From: a virus
Virus record (IMG/VR): IMGVR_UViG_3300005838_000086
DNA: 20,719 nucleotides
Reading direction: 5' to 3' (one strand)
The translations under genes and the position numbers were made by a program. Positions 7,103 to 15,268 of the stretch are shown piece after piece. Position 1 is the first letter of the stretch; every line of letters begins with the position of its first letter. Under the pieces are notes generated by a model, which saw nothing but the letters and a program-made list of their open reading frames with translations, searched no databases and was not told where the DNA came from.

Positions 7103-7831
7103 TCAAAAAGGCAGATTTCCCCCTTTTTTGAAATGGTATGCCTCACACACTTCTTGTAATTCGTGAATATGATCCAGAGGATTGTAAACTCTCCAATCAA
7201 TATGAATATCCGCATCTAACATGTGATTGTATTTTTTCGAGTCAAATCTGATCAGGGAACATATTACTATTTTTTTTGGAATCAATCCATACATTTCATA
7301 TAACATAAAACTATACGCAGTTCCTTGTAATATATAAGATCGAAGATATTCTTCCTTTTTGAGATACGATGCAGTCTTCCAATCGATGATCGCAAGTTCA
7401 CCTTCATAATCCGCAATCAAATCTGTTGTTCCTGCGATTCGGAGTGAGTCTGACCACATCATCAACTCAATCCCACGAATATTATCAATCTTTTTTTCGA
7501 TTTGACTGGTTGCCAAATTGATTAATTCTTTGTGTTCGGGAAGAGTATTTTTATCGAAATAATTTTCATCTCCACGAATATATTTTTCAAGCACCCCATG
7601 AATTCGAGTTCCTCTCTTAGAAGCTTTAGTTGAAACTCTATTGGCAACTTCTGCTCCCACCTTAGACTTCCATTCTTCTATCCCTTTTTTACTGATAATC
7701 TCATAGAGAAGAGAGGTTATAGATGGATATGTTCCCTTTGCTGAATGATATTTTCTACCATCCACACCAGAATTATCTTGTTTTATTTGTTCTCTTCGAT
7801 CTTCAAGTAAATCATAATTAAATTGTTTCAT
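7103..7831 (-). CDS. PD-(D/E)XK superfamily exonuclease (RecB/Cas4-like fold), 242 aa
   Basis: YPSITSLL; RGTRIHGVLEKY; IAGTTDLIADYEGELAIIDWKT; Y.LQGTAY. Confidence 0.85.
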   Translation of the reverse strand: MKQFNYDLLEDRREQIKQDNSGVDGRKYHSAKGTYPSITSLLYEIISKKGIEEWKSKVGAEVANRVSTKASKRGTRIHGVLEKYIRGDENYFDKNTLPEHKELINLATSQIEKKIDNIRGIELMMWSDSLRIAGTTDLIADYEGELAIIDWKTASYLKKEEYLRSYILQGTAYSFMLYEMYGLIPKKIVICSLIRFDSKKYNHMLDADIHIDWRVYNPLDHIHELQEVCEAYHFKKGGNLPF

Positions 7832-7834
7832 ATA

Positions 7835-8089
7835 TCAATGGGTATCTATTGTACTGTGAAGGTGTTTACTTTTTATATCTTTGAGTTTGTCTTTGAATCC
7901 ATCATCTGGTTTTTTTCCTGCAAAGTGCCAGGGATCACCAATATATGGTTTCGCAAACACCATTTTAACTTTACCACCACAACCAGAAATCGGACATGGT
8001 TTTTTAGTGGGTTCGTTTCTTTGATCTATGGTCGAAGACTCTTCAAAACCTTCGTCACATTTTTCACAAACGTAGTCATAATGAGGCAT
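7835..8089 (-). CDS. FmdB-family zinc-ribbon protein, 84 aa
   Basis: MPHYDYVCEKC...FE......CP..GCGG pattern. Confidence 0.8.
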   Translation of the reverse strand: MPHYDYVCEKCDEGFEESSTIDQRNEPTKKPCPISGCGGKVKMVFAKPYIGDPWHFAGKKPDDGFKDKLKDIKSKHLHSTIDTH

Positions 8090-8106
8090 TATAATATACT
8101 CCTTTT

Positions 8107-8472
8107 TTATGATTTTTCAATCAGATTACCATTTTCGTCAATAAAGTCACATGGGCCGACAATACAAGTCCAATTTCCCTTTCTCTCTATTGTTATTTTC
8201 TTTTTTGGTATTTCAACCTTTACTGTTCTTTTAGGTGTCCAAAAAGTTCTTTTTGGTTCCACAAAAGGAATTTCTACTATTACAGGTATCTTTTCATGTG
8301 TATGAAAAACTTTCCGTCTTTCGATTACACAATCTGGACACTCGCCAGTTTTCGTATCCACCCAACATCCAGACATTGCGTGACAGACCTCTTCTGTCAC
8401 ATATTCAACTCCTGCTAATGCGGATGAACTCAAAAACAGAACAAACCATAATATAAGTATTAAATTTTTCAT
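8107..8472 (-). CDS. Hypothetical exported protein with signal peptide and six Cys, 121 aa
   Basis: MKNLILILWFVLFLSSSALA signal-peptide-like start; Cys in CHAMSGC, CPDC and CIVGPC; RBS AAGGA. Confidence 0.6.
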   Translation of the reverse strand: MKNLILILWFVLFLSSSALAGVEYVTEEVCHAMSGCWVDTKTGECPDCVIERRKVFHTHEKIPVIVEIPFVEPKRTFWTPKRTVKVEIPKKKITIERKGNWTCIVGPCDFIDENGNLIEKS

Positions 8473-8501
8473 ATTTGTTCCTTTTTTATTGTTACATGTA
8501 T

Positions 8502-8530
8502 ATTATAACCTATTGGAACAGAAATGTCAA
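8502..8530 (-). promoter_or_regulatory. sigma70-type (early) promoter
   Basis: TTGACA-N17-TATAAT, exact consensus, overlapping the last codons of the hydrolase gene. Confidence 0.85.
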
Positions 8531-9154
8531 GTTGTTTACAAAGTTTTTTTTACTTCCATAAAAAATATGTCTATCAATTGAAACCAAAACCCTTTTTCTT
8601 TTACTCCATTTTGGATATTTTTCCATCCAATTTGCATGATAGTGCGTTGCACCATCTGTTATGTCAATTAATGCTTTGTCACGATAATCGACAAGAATTT
8701 TTTCTGCAAGGTCTTGCGATGATTTCCAAGTTCTACCTTCTCTTGGTTCATCCGACAAGCCATCACAGTACCACGAAAATTGACATTTATTTCTCACGGG
8801 AACATGTTCACCCCTTCTTTCATTATAACGATGAATGCCCTGTTGTACTACTTCACATATGGTATCGGGATATTTGTTGTTTAATACACGATTGATCGTG
8901 ACATTTGCAACTGCTAATTTTCCCGCTGTGCTTTCCACTCCTGCCTCAAAGTAAATATTTTTCGACAAACAGAGAACATCTGCTGGTGTATGTTTTATTT
9001 TGTCGAATTCGAGAGATTTATAATAGTCTAACACAACTTTATGTTCAACCATGTTAGATTCCCATAGTTGAACAGGTGCATTACTATTGATCGGAGAAGT
9101 AGTATACCATAGTGTAGCAAACAAAGCAAGGAACACCCTTACTGTCTTTACCAT
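8510..9154 (-). CDS. SleB/Hydrolase_2-family cell wall hydrolase with N-terminal hydrophobic anchor or signal, 214 aa
   Basis: CLSKNIYFEAG; GKLAVANVTINRV; YPDTICEVVQQ; CQFSWYCDG; GATHYHA; HIFY. Confidence 0.92.
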   Translation of the reverse strand: MVKTVRVFLALFATLWYTTSPINSNAPVQLWESNMVEHKVVLDYYKSLEFDKIKHTPADVLCLSKNIYFEAGVESTAGKLAVANVTINRVLNNKYPDTICEVVQQGIHRYNERRGEHVPVRNKCQFSWYCDGLSDEPREGRTWKSSQDLAEKILVDYRDKALIDITDGATHYHANWMEKYPKWSKRKRVLVSIDRHIFYGSKKNFVNNLTFLFQ

Positions 9155-9230
9155 ACTTGTACCTTTTTTTGGTTATTAATTTCATCCACAAAAAACATGA
9201 AATACAAAACTCATCAACCAAATGTGGTTA

Positions 9231-9238
9231 TATTTATA
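9231..9238 (-). promoter_or_regulatory. T4-type late promoter TATAAATA upstream of the cell wall hydrolase
   Basis: Exact TATAAATA in the 9155-9269 intergenic region. Confidence 0.75.
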
Positions 9239-9269
9239 TAATTCTATGGTTCAGGTAAGGGTTTTATTA

Positions 9270-9773
9270 TCAATCCACACCTCCACTATTTGCCGTGGGT
9301 ATGTCATTTTCCTCAATCGTGTCCTCCTCCGGTGATACTTCTTTTTCCTCGATATCAGGAAGAAGATCTGGCCAGGTGTCTTTGACTAACTTATAGGATA
9401 ACCCTTTATACGATAATTTTTGATCCTTGACCGCAATAATTAGTTTAGCATCATTGGGATCAATCCGTTCTAATAATTGGACAAACATAGATTCTCTCCT
9501 CAACATTGGAATATCATGAGGACTGGGATCGATATAATAATTCAACTTTTTTACCTCGAAATGAAGGGAATTGGGAGTCGAATCCGCTACCTGTCCTGGC
9601 GTATAAGGTGGTTTCCCAGGCGGAAGATGCCACTTAGCGTCAGGATGATAATTTAACTGTAACAACACCCTAGTTGCAAAATTGTCTCTGTCTGTGAGTA
9701 TTTGTCGTTTCTCTTCTCTTGTCTTGGCCTTACCAACCAATTCAAGGGTTTCTAAAATATTGAATTCTGCCAT
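9270..9773 (-). CDS. Conserved hypothetical protein of marine T4-like phages, 167 aa
   Basis: LPPGKPPY, RRESMFVQLLE and DAKLIIAVKD...YKGL..KLVKDTWPDLL pattern; acidic tail. Confidence 0.65.
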   Translation of the reverse strand: MAEFNILETLELVGKAKTREEKRQILTDRDNFATRVLLQLNYHPDAKWHLPPGKPPYTPGQVADSTPNSLHFEVKKLNYYIDPSPHDIPMLRRESMFVQLLERIDPNDAKLIIAVKDQKLSYKGLSYKLVKDTWPDLLPDIEEKEVSPEEDTIEENDIPTANSGGVD

Positions 9774-9774
9774 A

Positions 9775-10368
9775 TCAAACTTCTCCTATAAATTGTTTAT
9801 CTGTCAATGCAGCTGTTTTAGTCGTTGAACGATGGTGGTTGATCGTTTCTATCACTTCACCTTCCAATTCCATTTCATTAGTCCACACTACACCAGTATC
9901 GGGATAGAATACCCCCACAGACCTCTTAGGAGTACCGTCAGGGTAATATGCCATTGCAACACACCTCATGATCACTTTGTGTTCTTCATTTTTTCCCGAA
10001 AACACTCCAATCCAATCACCAATTTTTAGATAGTGTTCGCAATAACGAATATATGCTTTACGAGATTTGGATTCTATTTCTGCCACTCTGCGTTCCTTTT
10101 CTCCAACGTGCATACCCCTTTCCTGTTTACTCAATGTGGCAACCATTTCTTTGTTGTGTTTGATCCACCCTTTAACATTTTTAAAAGAAAATGTATCATC
10201 ATCTGGGAGAGCAAGAACACGAGCATTCACATTTTTATATTCGGCTGGTTTCCTCTTTTTACGCATTTCTTTCATGCGTTCTCGAAGCGCCTCACGTTGT
10301 TCTTCCGAAATCTTACGAGTACGTTTTACCTTCATTGGTTTGCGTTCTATTTTCACTTTCTTTGTCAT
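9775..10368 (-). CDS. Hypothetical protein with very basic N-terminus, 197 aa
   Basis: K/R-rich first 45 aa; tightly coupled to both neighbours; no recognised catalytic motif. Confidence 0.6.
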   Translation of the reverse strand: MTKKVKIERKPMKVKRTRKISEEQREALRERMKEMRKKRKPAEYKNVNARVLALPDDDTFSFKNVKGWIKHNKEMVATLSKQERGMHVGEKERRVAEIESKSRKAYIRYCEHYLKIGDWIGVFSGKNEEHKVIMRCVAMAYYPDGTPKRSVGVFYPDTGVVWTNEMELEGEVIETINHHRSTTKTAALTDKQFIGEV

Positions 10369-11399
10369 TACGATTTTTTCTCCTTGGTGTTTTCAATATT
10401 ATTCTTGATTGTTTCTAACATCATTATCCACTGTTTTGCAGTAGTTTCGATATCATAATGCATATCATAGTATTGTTTTTGGAATGCAAGACCAGACTGA
10501 ACTGGTGGTTCCCAAAAATTATTAATTGCATCTTTCAAAACATACGCAAACTTCCTCGCATGTTCGGTCTTGTCTTGGACAAATCCATACATCCATGCGA
10601 AATTCGCACACGTTTCTGGAAGAACTCCAAGATTTGGACACACCACAATGCATCCTGCACTCATCGCTTCAATCACAGATATACATCCTGTTTCTGGATA
10701 GACATTTGGATATGCAAGAATATGTGTTTGTTGTAACGCTGACCGAATTTCATCATTAGAAACTGTTCCATGATAATTCACATTTGGTGTCTCTTTACAT
10801 GCGTTATAAAGAGGTTCCCATTCTTTGTCTTGTTCTTCCCAACCATATATTTTAAAACTCGAATATATGTCAAGTACTACATTTTCTAATTTTAATGCTT
10901 TAAATGCACCAATCAATACATCCAATCCACGATGTGGCGTAGAAATATATGCGAGTCGAATCGGGCCATCTTTTGGTTTGGTGTGTAGTGGAATTGGTTC
11001 TATTGCATTTTTGAGAACAACACTTTTTTCATATTCAACACCGAGATCTATATTATATTTTTCAAGTGACCAATCAGAAGGAAATACAAATCGTTCAAAT
11101 TTATCACGATGAGATTTGTCTTTTAAGAATTGTACTTCGGGATCTTTCGATGTGTCCTGAAACCAAAGGATTTTGGGTTTGTCTTCGTATTCACGAACTC
11201 TCGAAAGGATGATCTGAAAGTAGTTCCAGAGGTCATCAGGCACTCTCTCCTTGACTCTTTGGTAAATCAACTCACTTCCACCCTTTGCATTCTTTGATTG
11301 TTCGACCACATCTCCTTCAGGTGGAGGTGGTGGAAGTCCTTGTTCTTTTCTTTTTCGAATTTCTTTTATTTTAGAATTATCGAATTTCATCATGCCCAT
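10368..11399 (-). CDS. GT-B (GT4-like) glycosyltransferase, 343 aa
   Basis: LAYISTPHRGLDVLI; VNYHGTVSNDEI; ILAYP...ETGCISVIEAMSAGCIVV (E-X7-E signature). Confidence 0.9.
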   Translation of the reverse strand: MGMMKFDNSKIKEIRKRKEQGLPPPPPEGDVVEQSKNAKGGSELIYQRVKERVPDDLWNYFQIILSRVREYEDKPKILWFQDTSKDPEVQFLKDKSHRDKFERFVFPSDWSLEKYNIDLGVEYEKSVVLKNAIEPIPLHTKPKDGPIRLAYISTPHRGLDVLIGAFKALKLENVVLDIYSSFKIYGWEEQDKEWEPLYNACKETPNVNYHGTVSNDEIRSALQQTHILAYPNVYPETGCISVIEAMSAGCIVVCPNLGVLPETCANFAWMYGFVQDKTEHARKFAYVLKDAINNFWEPPVQSGLAFQKQYYDMHYDIETTAKQWIMMLETIKNNIENTKEKKS

Positions 11400-11447
11400 T
11401 AAGGTTCTCCAATCTTATCATGCCCATTAAGGTTCTCCAATCTTATC
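11389..11447. repeat. Perfect 28-bp tandem direct repeat (two copies plus 3 nt)
   Basis: atcatgcccattaaggttctccaatctt at 11389-11416 and 11417-11444, followed by atc. Confidence 0.95.
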
Positions 11448-11561
11448 TAGAGCCTCTACTCTTTCGAGTGCTTCTAGAGATTCATTATTTTTTTCTGCCG
11501 ATGGTTCTATGTTCTCTTTCCCAAAGAACTTCAAAATCACCTGTAAAATTTTATCAAACAT
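11427..11561 (-). CDS. Small hypothetical protein, 44 aa (MFDKILQVILKFFGKENIEPSAEKNNESLEALERVEALDKIGEP)
   Basis: Not in the ORF track. Fills the gap directly downstream of the 11581-11609 promoter and ends in a TAATG stop/start overlap. Confidence 0.55.
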   Translation of the reverse strand: MFDKILQVILKFFGKENIEPSAEKNNESLEALERVEALDKIGEP

Positions 11562-11580
11562 TTCTTATTTCCATAGTATT

Positions 11581-11609
11581 ATTATAACAAATTTTTTCTA
11601 AAGTGTCAA
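11581..11609 (-). promoter_or_regulatory. sigma70-type (early) promoter
   Basis: TTGACA-N17-TATAAT, exact consensus; the TGA of TTGACA is the stop codon of the upstream ORF. Confidence 0.85.
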
Positions 11610-11800
11610 GTTTTTTCCTGAAAAAGTTTACCTTGTTCGACACCATGTAATTTATACTGCAATATTCCCTCATACCAAACTTCAACATCCTTTCCAGTTT
11701 GTTGAAAAATGAATGCTTCATTGTCCGCATCGATTTTACTGAATTTCAATATTTGTCCATTTTTTGTTTCAACTAGATAGGGGTTTTGCTCGACTTGCAT
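11606..11800 (-). CDS. Small hypothetical protein, about 64 aa
   Basis: Start moved from the track's 11833 to ATG 11800, which has an AAGGA RBS. Confidence 0.55.
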   Translation of the reverse strand: MQVEQNPYLVETKNGQILKFSKIDADNEAFIFQQTGKDVEVWYEGILQYKLHGVEQGKLFQEKT

Positions 11801-12384
11801 AACTGTTCCTTTAAGTGAAATCCTGTCTTGCATATGTAAAACGAATCTACAATATCAGATACAGGGTTAGAAATTTTGGTTGATTTTGGAGACAACTGCC
11901 TCCTCAAATCTACGTGTGATTCTGACAAAAACGTTTCATACATTAATTCTTTGTTGGCATTTCCTTTTCCTGTAGCATGTTTTTTAATTACTGTGGGTGG
12001 GACTGTGACATATTTGAATCCTGCATCTTTGAGTTGTTTTTTGAGTATTCCGGTATTCTCTCCAATATTAAAAACTCTACCAGTCGCTGCAAATGCATAA
12101 TTTTCCAAATAAACTTCATCTGCCCGACCATCGTACCATCGAATACATTCAATAGTCCAAGATGCAAGTTTACTAAACCGATCAATATCATCCGTATATT
12201 CTGGATAATCATACGCAAATATATTACTTGATGATTTATGCGACTTGTTCTGTTTTAAAAAATGAAACTTACAATTTTCAAATTTTATCTCATTGTCAAC
12301 CACTTTAGATACGCACACTGCTGGAGACCTCAACGAATAATCTATTCCGGCCACATATTTAATCTTCTTCAAAAAATTCGTCAT
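11773..12384 (-). CDS. RuvC-like Holliday junction resolvase / RNase H-fold nuclease, 203 aa
   Basis: AGIDYS (Asp), VYLENYAF (Glu), PPTVIKKHATGKGNANKELM, DIVDS (C-terminal Asp pair). Confidence 0.82.
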   Translation of the reverse strand: MTNFLKKIKYVAGIDYSLRSPAVCVSKVVDNEIKFENCKFHFLKQNKSHKSSSNIFAYDYPEYTDDIDRFSKLASWTIECIRWYDGRADEVYLENYAFAATGRVFNIGENTGILKKQLKDAGFKYVTVPPTVIKKHATGKGNANKELMYETFLSESHVDLRRQLSPKSTKISNPVSDIVDSFYICKTGFHLKEQLCKSSKTPI

Positions 12385-12523
12385 AATAAGGTTCCATCAA
12401 TATTCCACAAAAAGAACAATGTAATGCGTGTTCTTCTTGTCTCGGATTCATATCATCTGCTTCATACATCATAGTATATGTCGCATTACAATTATTACAT
12501 TCTACGTTTGATTCTACTTCCAT
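12359..12523 (-). CDS. Small acidic zinc-ribbon protein, 54 aa (MEVESNVECNNCNATYTMMYEADDMNPRQEEHALHCSFCGILMEPYYDEFFEED)
   Basis: Not in the ORF track. CNNC and CSFC pairs; fills the gap between the RNR and RuvC-like genes. Confidence 0.7.
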   Translation of the reverse strand: MEVESNVECNNCNATYTMMYEADDMNPRQEEHALHCSFCGILMEPYYDEFFEED

Positions 12524-12532
12524 TTTATTTTT

Positions 12533-14428
12533 TTAAATTATTTCACACGAGTCACCAGAACACGCTACTGTTTGGGCTCCTGTAGTGTTGTCTTCCTTTT
12601 CATATTTAGATAGTTTAGAGTAATCTATTGCTGGAAATTTCTTAACCATTTTATTGTAAGTCTTTTCGTCTATTTCTTCGTATGGTGCTAATTGGTATAT
12701 GTGATCGTCTTTTGGTAGAAATGAGACACCAACAAGATCGTCAAAGTTCTCATACACAAAGTTGCCCACCTTGAACCATTCGTCGGGTGTCACATAGATT
12801 GTAGCAGATACCGTGTGTTCGGTATAGTTATGTTTGATCTTCAACCATTGCTGTAACTGCTCTATGGCAGTAACGTCATTTACTTTAACTGAATGGTCGG
12901 GTGCTTTGACAGGAAACTCACAGACCCATGTTTGCGCTGTGTCTTCGGGTTGCCCAACTTCTGGTTGGAAATGTAATCCTTGATCCTTTAACATTTTATA
13001 TAATGGGTCAGTTGTTGAAATTCTAACTCTTCTAATATAATAATCGGAGAACCTTGGATGAAACCCTGAAGCCGAATTGACAAGCAAAGATGCTGTACCA
13101 GAAGGTTTGGTTGTGGTTATGGCGGCGGATCGGTTAATATTCAATCTACCAGCAGTTTCTACATTAACACCTATGGCATAGTCTCTGAGTGATTGTAGGT
13201 TGTCTTCTGTAAGTATTTCAGGATTATCCATTTGTCCTGTGAGAGACACCCCTAATAATCGCTCTTCTGTTGCATTCTTTTCCCAATCTGGATGTAGGTC
13301 ATTGAGAAACTTAAAGTTTGTAAGACCAGATTGAATAGTACCTATCATGGTGGCAACTTTAACCTTCTCCATTAGAGTTTCAAGGGTGTCGTCTGCTCTA
13401 ATAACAACTTCTGACAAGTTACATAAACCTCTTGGACGGAGAATGATTTCGCCACAAGGGTTTGTAGTCCAATCTTGTCGTTTACGTCTACGTTTAGGAA
13501 TTAGACTATTAATAGAAGACCTGTTGAATATACCCCGTTCACCTGTTCCCGACTCTGCTAGGGTGAGCCATTCTTTCATGAAGTCCACAGAAGTAGGTTT
13601 TTGGTCGTAGATGGCACTATTATTACTCATTGCTCTATGACTGTTTGTTATCCAAAACTGTCCTTTCTTGGAATCTCTCATACCCCTATCATAAAGATCG
13701 GAGAGTGTGATTATGCTGCTGCGCCGAACTCCACCCACCACTACTGATGCCGCTATCTTTGTAACTATATCAAACATATTCACGGAACTCAATTTCCGTT
13801 CTCTGTGATTTTCTATCATGTGTTTGATGAAATGGAGTGTTTCATCTAATGGGCCTGGGCCAGATGATCGACCACCAAAAGTTTTAAGTCTGGCACCTTG
13901 TGGTCTCAATTTTGATAAGTTCCATTCTACATCAAAACCATCCCACATTGCCTGACAGCATTCTAATGTTCCCGCCGACCAACCTTCTTTGGAGTCATCG
14001 AACACTACTGTTTTAGTTTCTCCGTTTAGTTTTTTGACTTTGGGAATCTTTTCTACATATCTCCTTGACACATCAACACCAACACCTGCACCCGACATCA
14101 ACAGAAAGTATATTTCGGCGAGAGAATGTAAAGCATCTATTGGTACAGTAGAACAATTATATATCGCCGCATTATTCAATTCTGCTGGTTTGCCAGCAGT
14201 CCACATCAACCTCATAGACGGCATTACTTTCATTTCATAGATGTACTGTTGAATTAACGCATAATCACTTTTTTTGAGTTTATTTTTACTAATCTTTTTG
14301 AGAAATGTTACTGCTCGGTCTACTGTTTCTTCCCATGTTTCTCTTCGTTTTTTGTCGTCTGACCAACGTGAATATGTACGCATATACACAAATTCTGCCA
14401 AATCATTCTCAAACACTCTATCATTCAT
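12533..14428 (-). CDS. nrdJ: Class II (adenosylcobalamin-dependent) ribonucleotide reductase, short monomeric type without ATP cone, 631 aa
   Basis: Y.RTYSR N-terminus; PSMRLMWTAG; YNCS; VVVGGVRRSS; TNPCGEI; LCNLSE; TKPSGTASLL; C-terminal ACSGDSCEI; no adjacent beta-subunit gene. Confidence 0.88.
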   Translation of the reverse strand: MNDRVFENDLAEFVYMRTYSRWSDDKKRRETWEETVDRAVTFLKKISKNKLKKSDYALIQQYIYEMKVMPSMRLMWTAGKPAELNNAAIYNCSTVPIDALHSLAEIYFLLMSGAGVGVDVSRRYVEKIPKVKKLNGETKTVVFDDSKEGWSAGTLECCQAMWDGFDVEWNLSKLRPQGARLKTFGGRSSGPGPLDETLHFIKHMIENHRERKLSSVNMFDIVTKIAASVVVGGVRRSSIITLSDLYDRGMRDSKKGQFWITNSHRAMSNNSAIYDQKPTSVDFMKEWLTLAESGTGERGIFNRSSINSLIPKRRRKRQDWTTNPCGEIILRPRGLCNLSEVVIRADDTLETLMEKVKVATMIGTIQSGLTNFKFLNDLHPDWEKNATEERLLGVSLTGQMDNPEILTEDNLQSLRDYAIGVNVETAGRLNINRSAAITTTKPSGTASLLVNSASGFHPRFSDYYIRRVRISTTDPLYKMLKDQGLHFQPEVGQPEDTAQTWVCEFPVKAPDHSVKVNDVTAIEQLQQWLKIKHNYTEHTVSATIYVTPDEWFKVGNFVYENFDDLVGVSFLPKDDHIYQLAPYEEIDEKTYNKMVKKFPAIDYSKLSKYEKEDNTTGAQTVACSGDSCEII

Positions 14429-14440
14429 TGTTTTATCCTT

Positions 14441-15268
14441 TTATATAAGTTTCTCTATAAATTCTTTACGTTCTCGTGTCGATAAGTTAAACTCTGTATT
14501 TGTCATTATATGCAAGTCTTCTACAATTTTCGAATCATTAAAATCTAAACTATGTTTTATCATGTCTCTGATGATCTTCATCTCTTCTGCTGAAAATGTT
14601 TCGGCATTCAAATTATAATCCTCAAACGCTTCGCAACATATTGGAAAATGGGGTTTGACCAACTCATACATTATATTGGCGTAGTCTCGTATTTCTTGTT
14701 GAGCATGTGGACTGCTTCTCAACTTATAAAAATGGAAGAAGTTGTGCAAATCTATTTTCCAAACTACTTCGGTGTAGTTAGAAACAGGTAGGATTGTTCT
14801 AGCAAGTTCTCTGGCGAGTCCCCAGTCTAATAAGTTATGATATATATTAATAGTGTTTTTGAAAATATTTTCAATGACAAATTTCACTTCTCCTCTATTT
14901 TCCACCTCTACATCTGTTCTGCCTTGTTTATTCGAGATAGATTGATTTTGAAAAGTGTCTGGAACATAATATTCGTCAATTGCTTCGGAATATCTCAAAC
15001 TAGCTTCGTTAAGATTTGCCGTGCGATGACGAACCAACTGGCGCATGATGAATATGGGTAATTTGATATGAAATGAAACCGATCCCATTTCAAAGGGAGA
15101 TGTGTGCCTATGTCGCATTAAGTAACGAATAAGACTTCGGGTCTCACTGGATTTTCTTGTGCCCTCACCGTAACTAATTCTGGCAGCATTCTCGACTTCT
15201 TCATCACTACCCATTATGTCTAACAATTTCACAAAACCATGTTCGTGAACTTTAACTTTTTCATTCAT
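14441..15268 (-). CDS. thyX: Flavin-dependent thymidylate synthase
   Basis: AARISY; RHRHTSPFE; RHRTANLNEASLRY (RHR-X7-S-X-R motif); ARELARTILP; HAQQEIR. Start moved to ATG 15268 (ATGA overlap with the primase stop). Confidence 0.96.
   Translation of the reverse strand: MNEKVKVHEHGFVKLLDIMGSDEEVENAARISYGEGTRKSSETRSLIRYLMRHRHTSPFEMGSVSFHIKLPIFIMRQLVRHRTANLNEASLRYSEAIDEYYVPDTFQNQSISNKQGRTDVEVENRGEVKFVIENIFKNTINIYHNLLDWGLARELARTILPVSNYTEVVWKIDLHNFFHFYKLRSSPHAQQEIRDYANIMYELVKPHFPICCEAFEDYNLNAETFSAEEMKIIRDMIKHSLDFNDSKIVEDLHIMTNTEFNLSTRERKEFIEKLI

Noticed and set aside
7103-7831. Cas4 / CRISPR-associated system
   Set aside because: No four-Cys Fe-S pattern, no other cas genes and no repeat-spacer array. 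PD-(D/E)XK exonucleases are common in T4-like phages.
11389-11447. Mini CRISPR array
   Set aside because: The two 28-bp copies are directly adjacent with no spacer.
11446-11478. Imperfect inverted repeat flanked by two TCTAGA sites
   Set aside because: Lies inside the 44-aa ORF, has several bulges, and is explained by the repeated LEA/EAL-type codons.
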